Origin: Azolla caroliniana
Lineage: Eukaryota > Plantae > Polypodiophyta
Reading direction: 5' to 3'
NCBI GenBank assembly: GCA_043228905.1
Contig: JBHGNT010000017.1
Location: 14,136,001-14,200,000 of the forward strand
DNA: 64,000 nucleotides
Positions 23,774 through 37,553 of the stretch are shown one piece after another; within the stretch, counting starts at the first letter, position 1, and the number at the start of each line of letters is the position of its first letter. Made by a program: the position numbers and the translations under genes. The notes beneath the pieces were generated by a model. That model was not told the origin of the DNA and did no database searches. It worked only from the letters and a program-made list of their open reading frames with translations.

Positions 23774-24200
23774 CCTACCTACCTATGTAGGGTGAGGAAC
23801 GTCCTATAAAGCTAATAGAAAACCTGAATATGCACTTGAGGAAATGGTCCCTACCTTCTCTAACATCCAAAAATTTCACATAGAATGCCCCCGAACTTCT
23901 TCATATATGCTTTCACCCCTATGTCTACTATCAAACATAAAAGCATTACGAATATTCCAATTGTGTTGCAATCCCCGATAATGTTTTTTTATTCTCTTCC
24001 AACGGAATGGTACAAAAGACACATGTACTTGAACCCATTCATTGTTTGCTTAAGGTTGAACCTAATGGGACCCCATCAATCACGACTCTCCATATTAATA
24101 GATTTGCACAAAATGGAAAATGGGAATGCCAACCATGTTGCAATATTTGCCATCAAAATTAGTGTTTGCCCTTCTCCAACATCTCCGAACTTTGCGTTTT

Positions 24201-24258
<58 letters not shown>

Positions 24259-24640
24259 CCTACCTACCTATGTAGGGTGAGGAACGTCCTATAAAGCTAA
24301 TAGAAAACCTGAATATGCACTTGAGGAAATGGTCCCTACCTTCTCTAACATCCAAAAATTTCACATAGAATGCCCCCGAACTTCTTCATATATGCTTTCA
24401 CCCCCATGTCTACTATCAAACATAAAAGCATTACGAATATTCCAATTGTGTTGTAATCCCCGATAATGTTTTTTTATTCTCTTCCAACGGAATGGTACAA
24501 AAGACACATGTACTTGAACCCATTCATTGTTTGCTTAAGGTTGAACCTAATGGGACCCCATCAATCACGACTCTCCATATTAATAGATTTGCACAAAATG
24601 GAAAATGGGAATGCCAACCATGTTGCAATATTTGCCATCA
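23678..24640. repeat. Tandem duplication of ~480 bp (23678-24150 and 24151-24635)
   Basis: The copies differ by two substitutions seen and by (CT)n length. CATCA microhomology occurs at 23678, 24151 and 24636. Confidence 0.95.
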
Positions 24641-25495
24641 CTTTGCATTTGACTCACATACATTCCACATGTTTCTTGATTTTGGCGATTGACAAGACAA
24701 TGATGATATAATATATTCACATTGACATGTAACGAGACTTTATCATCCTCTAATTGCCAATCTACCCAAAGAATCTTGATTTTTGCTTGATAATGTTATT
24801 GTATGCCTTTAAGCGGGCATTCTCATAGTTGATTGTATTGATATTGTGTATCAAGGGTTTGTTCCATATGTGCCTCAAACATTCCTTGGTTTTTCTTTTC
24901 TTTTCAATCTCATTCAAGATAAGCATATATAATATAAACAAAATCATGGATTCACAACCATTCTTAGAATGTACCAAGTCTATACTAGATGGATAAGTCA
25001 TGACTCACAACGAAAACATGGAATGTGAGTGTATAACATGTAACCTAACTCCTGAAATTGATTGCCAACACCACATTGAATGCATGTTTCAGAACTCTCA
25101 ACGAAACTATTAAACGAGTGTAGAATGTGAGATGTAGAATGTGTTAATCTCACTCGTGTTATTTGTTTGTTGGGGTCATGGAATTGAATTAATGATGAGG
25201 CAATCAATGAACCACATAAAAATGGCCATACCAATACAAAAACAAGTCAATAACAATACAAACTAAGATGGGACCAAACTTTTTAAGTTGAGATAAGACC
25301 GAAAAGTCAAGGAGTCAAGAGGCCGAAAGTCAAGGCATGACCAAAGGACAACATGAACCAGAATACACCTAAGTCATATACATATACTGTATACATATAC
25401 ATATATAGAAAATCATAAGAACACATAGAAAGAAGAGCAAATTAAATGGTCATGCTAGGCAACACTCTAGAGGGTGGCCAAGGTGGAGGAGGAGA

Positions 25496-26620
25496 CTAGA
25501 GGAAATAAGAAGAGACAAGTAGTAGGCTTGAAAGGAAGACCAGCCCTGGTGTTGTTCGAGCTTGGGCAGTGCCAGAGTACATGTTCATCATGTCGGAGTA
25601 GCCTCCGGGGCGGGCCATCTCGATGGTCGCAAAAGTGGAGAGGTCGGCGGGCGAGAACATGTGAGCGGACGGGCGGAAGTTGGAGACCGAGGCCCCGCGG
25701 TTCCACACGTGGTTCAAGACGGTTGGGGAGCCAGGTGGGAGCTCGAGCCTCACATAGAGGAGGATGGCATTCCCGCCCGAGACCTGGGCCTGCATGTCGG
25801 ACACGCGGTACGAGATCGGGGAGCACGAGAGCGGGGAGCCGCGCTTGGTGGCGACCGTGACATTGTAGGTGAGGACCGTGGTGCCGTTGGGGGCTTGGAA
25901 GGCGATGAAGGCTTGGGTGCCGATCATTTGGCTGGGGTAATCGGGGTTGAGGCCCCACCCGACCCAGCCGCCCGAGGTGGGGGCCGTGCCCGAGAAAAGC
26001 ACCTCGAGGCTCCGGGATTGGTCCATCATGCCGCCATTCCGGGCCGTGGCCACTCCGTTCTCCCCGGCCCCTCCTCCGGCCCCTCCAGATCCTCCATCTC
26101 CACCTCCATCTCCACCTCCACCTCCACCTCCATCTCCAATTCCATCCCCAATTCCACCGCCATTGCGCCCACTTCCCCCGCTACCATTGCTTCCATCCCC
26201 ACCATTGCGCCCACTTCCCCCGCTACCATTGCTTCCATCCCCACCATTGCGCCCACTTCCCCCGCTACCATTGCTTCCATCCCCGCCATTGCGCCCATTC
26301 TCACCGCCATATCCACCACCACCGCCATTGCTATCGCTCCCTCCCCACCCATTATTGCTTCCATCTCCCCCATTGTTGTTTCCACCATTTCCGCCATATC
26401 CTCCACCATATCCACCACCATAGCCTCCATCTCCTCCCCCACTACCACCATTGCCTCCGAAATTCCATGCCAGCATTGCGCCCTGTGCGCCAAGCTCGCG
26501 GCAGCTCGAGAACCGCAAGTTCTTGTTCCGGAAATCGAATGAGGTCAAGCATGCGCTATCCGCGTGTGGAATCGATGCCACAAACACCACTACGGCTATG
26601 AGGGTTAGCAGTAGTGACAT
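25496..26620 (-). CDS. AIR12-like DOMON-domain protein, probably GPI-anchored, with a ~140-aa Gly-rich insertion (374 aa, intronless)
   Basis: Signal peptide MSLLLTLIAVVVF, then C..F..FSSC.EL..LAW, GWVGWGLNP..QMIGTQAFIA, LNHVWNRG and a candidate heme His in PSAHM, with a hydrophobic C-tail. An upstream in-frame ATG at 26737 is also possible. Confidence 0.85.
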   Translation of the reverse strand: MSLLLTLIAVVVFVASIPHADSACLTSFDFRNKNLRFSSCRELGAQGAMLAWNFGGNGGSGGGDGGYGGGYGGGYGGNGGNNNGGDGSNNGWGGSDSNGGGGGYGGENGRNGGDGSNGSGGSGRNGGDGSNGSGGSGRNGGDGSNGSGGSGRNGGGIGDGIGDGGGGGGGDGGGDGGSGGAGGGAGENGVATARNGGMMDQSRSLEVLFSGTAPTSGGWVGWGLNPDYPSQMIGTQAFIAFQAPNGTTVLTYNVTVATKRGSPLSCSPISYRVSDMQAQVSGGNAILLYVRLELPPGSPTVLNHVWNRGASVSNFRPSAHMFSPADLSTFATIEMARPGGYSDMMNMYSGTAQARTTPGLVFLSSLLLVSSYFL

Positions 26621-27378
26621 GGCGGCAAAGCCAGGGGAGCGATCGAGGCTACGAGGAAGACGAAGAAGGGTCAAAGGTGGCCCCGAGGAGCTCGTGTGGG
26701 CGATCATGGTGATGTTATGTGTGCCTGGAGAGCCCAATCAACAAGCAAAGAAAGACATAGAACAAGAATCACTACTCTACTATGCTACTCCAGATTGATA
26801 TACATACATATATGTGTATATATATATAAGAGAGAGAGAGAGAGAGAGGCAGGTTTCTTAAAAAAAAAGGGTCTAAATTGGGCGTCGTTGGTTGGACATT
26901 TGTTTTGTCCCGCCCTAAAAATAGACAAGAAAAGCTGCCCTTTTTGGATGGGCACCAACAAGGAAAAAGCTGCTTTTCTTGTACGTTTGGGCTAAGAATG
27001 AGGCCACCACATTCTTTCTACCAATCTCCAATCTCTCACTTTTCTTCTTCTTCTTTCTTCTTGTTGGAGGGCCAAGAGAAAACAAGACCTAAAAGCAGGG
27101 CAAACCTCTTACCTACTACTCCTTAGGGATGAAGTTAGTTGGGCTTCCCCAGTCCTACCCTCTACCTAACTCCCTAACCTCCTTCCTTTTGCCACAAACC
27201 CTTGCATTCATTCGTCCATCCAATCCAATCGAGAACCCAAGTTCAAACCTCGTGTTTGCATAGTGTCACATTTACTTGAGACCTTTTTTTTGTTTTCTTA
27301 TCGATAGGTCGGGTTCACAACAAACAACTTATCTCGCACGCCTCATTAGGTTACGGCGTCTAACAACTCCCTTGTCTT

Positions 27379-27652
27379 CTCCCCTGCTCTTGCTCCTATT
27401 TTCGGTTCCTTAGGTAGGATATGCCATGAGACATCACAAGTTGTGTTATCAACCCATGCCATATATATATATAAACTCTGTGCATACACACGTTAACTTC
27501 CCTCCCTTGCTCTTGCTCCTGTTTTTGGTTCCTTAGGTAGGATATGCCACGAGACATCACAAGTTGTGTTACCAACCCATGACATATATATGTGTGTGTA
27601 TATATATATATATTATTTATTTATTTATTTAGACCCCGTGCATACACACGTT
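27379..27652. repeat. Diverged two-copy tandem repeat (~125-150 bp) containing (TA)n
   Basis: TGCTCTTGCTCCT..GGTTCCTTAGGTAGGATATGCCA..GTGCATACACACGTT occurs twice. Confidence 0.85.
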
Positions 27653-30146
27653 GACCGCTTTGTAGTAGGTGGGGCTTTGCAACACTAACATTGTTACTAT
27701 TCACAATGTATTGGCAGCAATGTGCACAAAATTTCATTAGAGTCGTAAATGTGGCCATTGTCACAAGTTGGCGTCTCCTTCAACAATCAAGTGTCGGCAC
27801 AACCTAGGATATGTTTGTTTAGCTTGCATGCACAAGTTTCTCATTATACGTTCATTGGATGAAGAGCATTCCACCTTTAATACAAAAGCATTTTGGTATG
27901 GATGTCTTGGCACCCCCCCAAGTATAATCAAACTTCAAAGATGGTCACACATTGATTGATTTTTACCTATTTCATCTCTACTCGTGGCAAATTGAATTGA
28001 AGTGTGCAGAAAACATGAATCATGTTACTAGGATGTTCTCATATAATTGCCCTTGTGAGTTATCAACCACACAAGGTAGTAAAATCAGAATGAAAACGAA
28101 AAGACTCATGACTTATAGGTGCAAGGCAAATAAGAAAATGACAAGCTACAAGTTCCGTACAATAGCAAGGGCCCACCAGGTCTAATTAATTGCAATGTGG
28201 TCAACAAAAACTACTCCGAAAAATCCACAAACTTTTTTAGTCATTGAAATGGCCCTCTTGCTTTATGTCAATGATTATGAACTCCAACGCTTGTCAAACA
28301 CCAACTAGCCAAAATTCTTGGCAACAAATTTAACCTAATACGTACAGTGCATTGTGTCCAATGATGAAATACACATATTTTGCCTATCAAGCAGTAGTGA
28401 AATTTGTTGACATAGTGTATCAATTATATCCCTAGAAATGGAATTGTAAAGAACTTTCTTATATCATGAGACTTTTGCGTAAAGTACTTGATTTTTCTAT
28501 CAATTGCGGGTTCAATCTTCTTGATAGTCATTCAAAGTAACCAAGGCATTGTTATGTGCTTCCTTCACAATATTAAGTAATCCTACAATATAATAAACAA
28601 AAACCATCCAAAACTATTCTCATGAAGCTCAAAATGAATGGCTTAAAAATCTCCACATTTGGGCTCTTATTAAAAGTGTGTTGTGTTAGATCCAACTACA
28701 ACCACAATTAGTCTCCATTCAAAAAATGGTCGTTTTTTGTTCATCTCTCAAATCCCATTAATGAAAATGTCACTCACATGCATCGCACTATCCAAGAGTA
28801 CACCTTTGAATTGCCAACTAAAACTAAATAAAACTAACAATTTTGTGTTGAACTTCGAATAATCAATACATATCACATTATGGCAATTGTCTACTAAAGT
28901 AAAAAACCTTGCTAGCTTTCCCAAATCATAGATGGTTTGGGAACTTCATAGGTTATTAAAGCCAAAAGGTCCAATAAATCGGTCTCAAAACTTTCTCAAT
29001 TTTTTAACTTTTTTGGGGCAAATATTACTTGAAATTAAAAGAGTCCTAGGGCGCAATGAATGGCCAAGAGTTTCAACATCCATGAAATACAAGCTTAAAC
29101 AATCCCAATTTTGTCTCCATGCTATCGTGTGGTGCCCTAGTTCGGTTTTAAGGAGTTGGTTTGGTCTTGTGTTTGCAATCTCTTTCATCAGTTGGGCTTA
29201 ACCTACCTTAGGCACTAATGCCATATTAAAATGTTGTCACCTTTGCCATTAACTGCAATAGATCAAACTCAACACCATCATCTAGTTCAAGATCACAAAG
29301 AGGCCTTAACATTTTGATGTAATGGGGCTTCTACGACTATTGCTAGCTCCCAATCAAGCATCTTCACACGTGGATGCTTATCATGGTCTTGTTCATCCTT
29401 TTCGTTTCATGATTCTCTTTTATCAAGGTTCTCTATTTACACTGCTCTTCAGCATTGGTTTTCAACACTCTCAAATCCATCTCATTGCAGCTTCCTTTCA
29501 AAGAGACGCAATTACAAAATCTTTTTTATTTGCTGCCAGTCGGACTTTTACATAGTCTGACTCTTAGTCTTACAATGCTCCATACATCATTCAAGGTTAC
29601 GATTTTCAGCACTAAGTCCATTTGGTAACATGCCCATGGACTGCAAACGAACTTGTATAGTCACAAATGTTGTGGATAAAGAGGTTCCATGGTTACTACA
29701 AAATACACAGTATGTATAATGATCAGCAAGAAGTTCAATAAATCATATCAAAGAAATTTCTATTTCAGTATTGAGATTTTGTTTTTCACAGTTTAATCTG
29801 AGAACCATGTAACTACTAAACATCCAATAGTTCATCGAGACGGAAAAAGCTTTATGAATGTAGATTTGAACATTTTATCAATTTAAATATGTTTACAGAG
29901 ATTACCATTGCGGAATTATCCCAAGAGTCATGACTGGTCAGGTTATGGTGATCATAAATAGTAAGAGTGTGAAGGAATGTTACATCTGCAAATTCATATC
30001 AGGAGGGATATGGAAACATGTACAAAGCCATTGCCATTTATATAGCCACTTCATTATTTCTTTTATCCATTCCACATTGCATACTCAATATGTGCTTTCC
30101 TTTGGAGGATGAATAAAATTAAAATCTCCAACACCCAAAAGAATCC

Positions 30147-32666
30147 TCACTCCAAATCAGCAATTCCAAGATTTGATACAATAATCTTTAGCTGATCAAC
30201 AAAATCAGACCCTGTGGCATACTCTGTAAGCAAGCCAACAGCTATTCCAAACATAGCCCACCTGGAATAAAAAAAGAAAGCCCAGAATATGATGTCAAAA
30301 CAAGACATCGTTGTTCCACATTAATTCAGATTCGTCATTTGACATTAATACATATCAGTAATCCATACTCCAATGCTAATCATAGATGGATGATATAGGT
30401 TGTACATGAAACAATAAGTTACTCAGAATCCAATCAGAAAATATTATTTCCAATTTTCACTTTGGGTTAGATTTGTCAATCTAGATCATATGATCCACTT
30501 CCGGAGATGCACATTAATCATCAAGGGAAGCAGGAACTTTAGAATTGCAAGCAATGTCAGTATATTTTTCCCCAATTGCAAAAGTTTAATGGGAAGAATT
30601 GGCTGGCTTCCCTGGTCTTCAGGCCATTGTCTAGATAAAGCTATTGTCTTATATTTTGTTTTCTACTTTCAGACTCTTCTTATGCAATTAAGAAATCTCA
30701 CAGCATGCTGCTTGTTGAAACCATATAGCTGACTTGATGGCACACAAATTTCTGTTTCAGACAAACAACAAAGGCTGTGTAACTAGCTAAAGAACCTCTA
30801 GGGTAAGTAATCATCATCCGAAGCCATGCTAATTTTGCCTTAAAACAATGATGGCCCATCAAAGATGCAATGGTTTATAGACCTTAATTTCACCAACTTT
30901 GCCTAGTTTCAGATATTGTTTGATGTAATTTCCCAAACAAACATTGGTAAGCACAAATTTGGAAGTCACTTACACACTTAAATCGAAGTTCTTTCCTCAT
31001 TGGAGAAAAACTCAATTCCTTCATGATGGCCACCTTACTTAAGGTCTCTGCTAGAGAACTAAACTTCCCTTTTTGGTACCAAAGCTCCAAACCAAATTCA
31101 TGCAAGATTCTGCACATCGGACCTTTCATCCCTAACACTTCATACTTTCATGATCATCAAATTTTCTTCCGTACAAGTATGTTACCATTGTTCAGGAACT
31201 TACAGTTCTTTGCCATGAATCACAAGCAGTGTGACAAAAAAATGCATTTTTATGAAATTGACTGAAACATCCGTCAAACTTGACATTAAAGAATTGTTCC
31301 CTTTACTGCGAGATGTTCCAAAATGCATTTCACGCATATAGAGAAGCTGACACTTCTGATACAATGTTATTTTAGAGGAAATTTTTACACTCTTGCTCTT
31401 CTTATTTCTGAAATTAGTTTCCAACTAATCTCTGAACTCCTAAAAACCTACAATCTGAAATTCAGAATCATCAGCCAGATTCTGAAGTTCTCTAGACTAA
31501 ACTGATGAAATATTAGAGACAGTTCATTTTGTATCATAAATTGTTTACTTCAACTGATGTTTTTTGAGGCATTTGCAGACAATGGTCCATTGTTTTTCCA
31601 CAAAGAGAATCACACTACATATATAGATGGATATGACACAGAGTTTTGGTTATATATAAGTTATGCATGACCTCGGGTCAAATTGGGCTCCCTAAGGATT
31701 GCCCTTTGAAGCAAATGGTACTTTGCTGTTTCTTTGTGATAGATCTTATAGTATGAATTTGTAGAAATCTACACTAGGTTGTGGTCATCCTTATTGATAC
31801 TCAGGGTGTAGATAATGACATTCACTCATGTCCTTTATGTCATATATGCTCACCTTCAATAATAACATCAATATTAAGCAATTCAATGATTACTCTTACC
31901 ATCAGAGAAGTCAGGTTCCATTACAAGCAATGCCATTATGGATAGATTTGAGTAAGTACAGAAAACAGCATTAGGAGCTGTCACCCACTTATTCCATTAT
32001 TTATCCTGAACTTATACAGCGACATTCAATCGAAATACCATTTCCGGCATATTATCCGGCTATAATATTTTCTTACAATAGGATAAGAAAGGATATACAC
32101 AACCCAAATTTCACAAAGACGCCAGCAGAATCTTTCATTTACATATCCATTTACCTGATCTATGGATCACACATCAACATAGAAGCTATATACCCCAAAA
32201 AAGCAGAATCTTTCAACAGATTCCAGAATCAACATTTATGATTAACAAAAAGGGCGTGTTTGAGTATCGTAACACACCTGCCATTGTTGATCTCGTTCTT
32301 CGAATTCCATCCGAAGATCCGTCCATCTGCGGCTTGCTTCTCGTATTTCCTGTCAAGGAAATACTCTTGAAGCTCTTTGGCGCGCTGCCTCTGATACTCA
32401 ACAGTGACAACAGAAGAAGAGGAGGAGGAGGAGGAAGTAATAGGAGGTGGAGGGGTAGATGCTGGCGATGGCGATGGAGATGGCGATGGAGATGGCGATG
32501 TGGCTTCTTTCACAGGAATAGAAGGTCGGCGAATGGGGCCTTCAGAGCTCGCAGAGGATCGGATGGAAAACGAAAGCGGGGGGAGGGAGGATCGAGGGAG
32601 GAGGATGGATGGCAGGCTGGGGTTGAGCAGGAGCGATGAAGGAGGGGCCATGATGGGCGGTAGCAT
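30147..32666 (-). CDS. OHP2: One-helix protein 2 (LHC-like), exons 32666-32278 and 30261-30147, 167 aa
   Basis: Transit peptide and Pro/Ser-rich linker, then VTVEYQRQRAKELQEYF..KNEINNGR|WAMFGIAVGLLTEYATGSDFVDQLKIIVSNLGIADLE*. The ~2-kb intron is GT-AG. Confidence 0.95.
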
Positions 32667-32670
32667 CAGC

Positions 32671-32766
32671 GTCTCTGTCTCTGTCTCTGTCTCTGCTGTC
32701 TCTGTCTCTGTCTCTCTGTCTATGTCTGTGTGGCTATGGCTATGGCTATGGCTATGGCTATGGCTC
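32671..32766. repeat. Compound hexamer microsatellite (TCTCTG)n(TGGCTA)n just upstream of the OHP2 ATG
   Basis: Read directly from the sequence. Confidence 0.9.
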
Positions 32767-34319
32767 TGTTTCTCTGATATCCTATTTTCATTTTTATTTT
32801 TTTTATTTTTATTTATTATTTATTTATCTATGTTTATTTCTTACTTTTATTTTTATTTAATCCATTTATTAATAAATAACGTGGAGCATTGTTTGCCCTG
32901 CTTCAAGCCTTATCCTCCTTCACTCATGAGACCCACCTCCTCCCCCGAGTCAAGACAGGCAAAACAGAGAGAGTTTTCGAGCACTTTGAGATCCTAGCGC
33001 CTCCGCTCCGATCCACAGATGGATGGATGGATCGATCGATCGATCTGTGATCAACTAAATGTGGATTGATCGATCCGTGATCGGCTAAAGGCGGATTGAT
33101 CTATCTGTGATCAATCCACCTTTAGCCGGATTGTTGCGGCCATTGTAATCGTAAAAGGCTAGTTTTTCTAGCAAACTCTCTACCTTTTCGCAATGCTCAA
33201 ACTCCACTCACTAAGTCGTCGAACGATAAATCGCACGTTATAAGGGGCTTTGCGTCTTCAATGGAACGAAATCAATTGAGGCCGAAGATATAGGCATGAA
33301 GTAATAGCACCACGATATGGGAGATGTTGGTGGTGTAAACAGGCTTGTAAGGATATCCCATGTGTGGTCGTACTACGTGCTTGATCTCCTCCATACATGA
33401 AGGCATGCTCATTTAAAGAAAACACTTGCATGTATGGGTTTATACATGTGAAATTGCAAGAACGTAGGGGGATTGGTCGATTCCAATTAGCAGTTTAGCA
33501 AAACGACACAAAAAGAGAGGACATTTTACCATTATTCGGGACATTTTACCACTATTAGATTAGTGGCAACTCAAACTCTTATTTTTTATCAACATAGGCC
33601 AAATAGTGGATATATGTTTTGGCACCCATTTCATTTAGGCACCTTTAGCCTATATTTGGTGGTCTAAACACTCTTTAAAGAAATATTGCCTCATTGATGT
33701 TAACTTATTGTGTTCTTGATGCATATGCACATACTATAACTTGTTCGATTGTGTCAATCATCCATGAACTAATTAATTAATAGGCAAATTTCAATCCCAA
33801 GTGTTATGCATATGCTTAAATCACTAAGGTGGAAAATTTCCCCTGTTCTCCTCCAATGTGAGGATGCCATTTTAAATATATCTTAAAAAGAGTACTCATC
33901 TTCAAGAGGCATCTTTTTTGTATTGTTTTTCAATTCCTGACTCCCACATTTCATTTTCAACTATATAGTATTTGGTGATTTGGTGTAAAGTCAAAGAAGT
34001 TGAAAAAGGATAATTGCTTTTTTGAAACAACTGTGTTGTGTTGTTAAGATGAAAATCCCTATTTGGGATTTCTAACATTCCATTTGTATGTGTGGCAGGC
34101 AACCAATTGTGGTAAAACACACTCACCATATGCGTACATCTAACTTGCATGGGTTATTATAAGATCGTCCTCCAAGGTTGAAAAGTTGTAATTGTTACTT
34201 CCTCGTCTCACTCACCCAAGGTAGCTTCAAGATAATATGGTACAAACCATCGAAGTGACAATCTTGTCTTGAAGAAGATGTTGCATGTCTTTCTTCCTGT
34301 CATATATTTTATTTTTTTA

Positions 34320-35385
34320 AGCAATAGATTCTATTATTAACCTTTTGGGAATACAAGTAACAATTATTTTATTTTATTTTCCAAAATAAAGCTACTTTCC
34401 CATTAGTTAGGAAGGATTATTACAAGGAGACTATACAAGGAAGCTTATACACAAAACGGGGAATCTCCCTCAGATCAAGATCAAGAAAATTAGACTACTT
34501 ACATAGTTTTTCAAACCGACTACCTAAAGTAAGTAGATACCTATACCTAAAAGCAGTGGCCTTTAGTGTCAGCCGGAATGAGCCGACTCTCGGGGCCTAC
34601 ATCGAAGGGAGGGAGGCGTGAAAGAAGGAAACAACCATCGTGGGGGCTGGTAGTTCCACCTCAGTCCACTTTCTCCTAGCGTCACCATAGGCGTGTTCCG
34701 CCATTTCTGCCAAAAGCGCAACCGGGCAGTGGCCACGTCATTGGAGTGGTTGCAAACCTCATCTAATTGCCCTCGTAGGCAATTGATAAGCACGAACCAG
34801 ATATCCATGATCACTTCCTCTGGGGGTTGTACCCGATCTTGGAAAACCTTTAAGCATCGTGCTTTCCAGACATACCATAAGGTGAAGCCCGCGATCAACC
34901 TCCAAATTTCCAGGAACCTAGGGGATGCAGACAACAAGTCTCTCTCGAAGCGGATCTTGCCGATTTGGCCTCCCGTGCATACATAGCACCAAGTATCCAC
35001 ATTAAAGGCGTCCGTCCACTATCAGTCGAGTGGTCAATCCATGCCGTAGCACTCCACGAGGCTGTTCCAACCACTTCACATGCCGCAAGGAGGCGAGTGA
35101 CTCAGTCCCATACCTTTTGAGCTTGAGGGCAATCCCAAAGACAGTGTCTCAGAGACTCAATGGGTGAAGAGCAAAGTGGGCAACCTATTGGGCCGCCACT
35201 TTTACCAAGCCATTCCCCAACAGGAATCACATTGTGACCAATCTGCCACCAAAAGAGCTTGATTTTTTCAGGCATGTGGAGACGCCAGAGACCCTTCCAA
35301 AAGGTAATGAGCACCTCGTCAGGGATGCCCAATGTTCGCCATCCATTACGAATGGGACCATCGAGCTGCAGTTGTAAAGTCCACC
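34320..35385 (-). mobile_element. 5'-truncated L1 fragment (zinc-finger region and 3' UTR)
   Basis: PEKIKLFWW..CPLC..ESLRHCLWDC..VW and LWYVWKARC..VF motifs. T-rich tracts near 34305-34380 fit a tail; the boundaries are approximate. Confidence 0.8.
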
Positions 35386-36278
35386 CCAATTTAGTGCTAT
35401 ATTCAAAGAGTGTGAAACTAACCTACATGTTAATGTATTGTACATTGGAAATATGTAAGAACTTGAAAGAGCAAATCCCCGTTTTATTTTTCCTCAAATA
35501 TTTCATTTTCAAAATTTCATATTTCAGAAGCATCGATTCTCATAGATTATATTTTTGGATTTAATTTGTATAAGCTTTTTTAGAAGGCATTTTATGTCGT
35601 TGTACAATATATTTCTTCCTATTTATTGTGCATGCCAAATCAGTTCAATTTATTGTGTTTATGATCATTTTATCCCAAATATAATAATCTTTGCCAAGGC
35701 TTTAAATAACGAGATCATGATATGGCCAACCAAATGCAAACATTCAGATGAAATTCTAGCCAATAATCAATCCATCTAGTGCAACACATACGATCCCATA
35801 GTCTATTGGTGTGCTAAAAAATGTTGAAAGTTGGGAGCCAAAACTAGTGAGCATTAGGTATACACAATCATCTTCACAAAGACCATGACCATACACGAGT
35901 TCTACATTTCTAACAACTCTATCCGCCAACAAGAACCACCACTTCGACCCCAAGCCTATGATTGCCAACAACTCAAGCATAGAATACTGAAAAAACACGG
36001 AGACAGTGACAACCAACATCCACGTGTCTATCCGATAATTGGCCATTGCTATCCAATCCATCTAAATGTTGCTAACCTTAGTTGGTAAAGGAAGGAGGCT
36101 CGTGCCCTTCAATATGCATGTAAACAATAACAAGTCATCCTAAATAAGTGGGCTCATAACCCATTTATGAGAGCAAGAGATACTTACGATCATCTGGAAA
36201 GGTTGTATGAGCATGTTTCACAAAACTTTCTCTCACTAGTCACTTCCAAACTCCCAATCATGCATGCATGGTAGTCAT

Positions 36279-37222
36279 TGTTAGGATCTGAACCGACCAC
36301 AACCGGTTTCTCTCCATGTACTTACGAGTGTAAAGAAAAATGAGCAAGAAAATGTCCATACAAAAAAAGAAAGAGAAGAACAGAAAGACTTAGAAATGAG
36401 ACACAGATATTTAACGTGGAAAACCCGCAAAGGGAAAAATCACGTGGAGTCCACAAACTCCAAACATATCACTATGATGAGATGAAGTACAATAAGAAAT
36501 TTGAGGCAATAACCTCAAGATCTTCTTCGTTTGACTGACTGACGATTACAAAGTTACACACTCTAACTCTCACTCACTCTCTCTCTCTCTCTCATAGTTG
36601 TTACAGAGGCAACTACCACAGTGTAACTATACGAATGATTTTCCCTTTCATAAAGTTTGCCCTAGGTATATATATATATATATATATATATACTCATATA
36701 AACAACAAACTATTTACAAATATAGCCTCCTCAATTGGCTATTACATCAATTTTCGATTTTGGTTGGCCTCAACCGAATTACTCATCGACACCATGGGAA
36801 TCGGTTCTCTCCTTCTCCTCGATTCGAGCTCCACTTCCCATCCGGAGGGACCTGTTATCCAACAAACTCCCCCTTCACTTCGGCATGGGGTACTTCACCA
36901 ATCCGACCCTCTATCGACACTCGTTCAACTTCTTTGTTCATAACATTTTCGTCAACATATCCAATCCATTTTTGGCCATGTGGATCTTCATTAAAGCAAA
37001 CTCCTTTTCTTCTACTTGCTCTCGAAGCCAATGATATCTTCTCTAGATGTGTTTGGTTCTCGAGTGGTAGGCGATATTCTTCGCAAGGTTGATGGCACAC
37101 TAATTATCGCAATAGAGTCAGAATTCGTCTTGCCGAATTCCCAACTCACCGATAAACTCCTTCATCCATATTATTTCCTTGCCAGCTTCTATTGCAGCCA
37201 TAAACTTGGCCTTCGTGGTCGA
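36279..37222 (-). mobile_element. Remnant of an older Tork-like copia: RNase H tail, PPT and 3' LTR (36279-36864)
   Basis: CATGCCGAAGTGAAGGGGGAGTT-TGTTGG PPT/LTR junction matches the 11546 element. The LTR has GGGTTTTCCACGTTAAA, and the RNase H remnant is cut at 37222. Confidence 0.85.
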
Positions 37223-37521
37223 TGTTGAGAATCAAGCTCAACCTAGCCTAGTGTGTGAACACACCCTTGAGAGTGTATGAACACTCAAAGGTCAAAAGTC
37301 ACATCACTACTCATTACACGTTACTATGTGTCATAGAATCATAACTAATGAGTTTCCACATTCCCCATGCCTCATGAACTTCGGTAGTTAATGACGAGAG
37401 AGAGTGACTATATAAAGCACTCTCCTCCTACTTTGTAATAGGTCGGTTAATCTCCTTTGTAATACACAATCTTCTTGAGTATTCTTCTATCTATCTTGTG
37501 TTTCTCTCCTCTCCCTCTCTC

Positions 37522-37553
<32 letters not shown>

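Noticed and set aside
25562-26542. Plus-strand Pro-rich or extensin-like ORFs
   Set aside because: They are shadows of the Gly-rich DOMON gene on the opposite strand.
32238-32997. Plus-strand ORFs with WR, GD, SV and WL runs
   Set aside because: They are antisense to OHP2 and produced by microsatellites.
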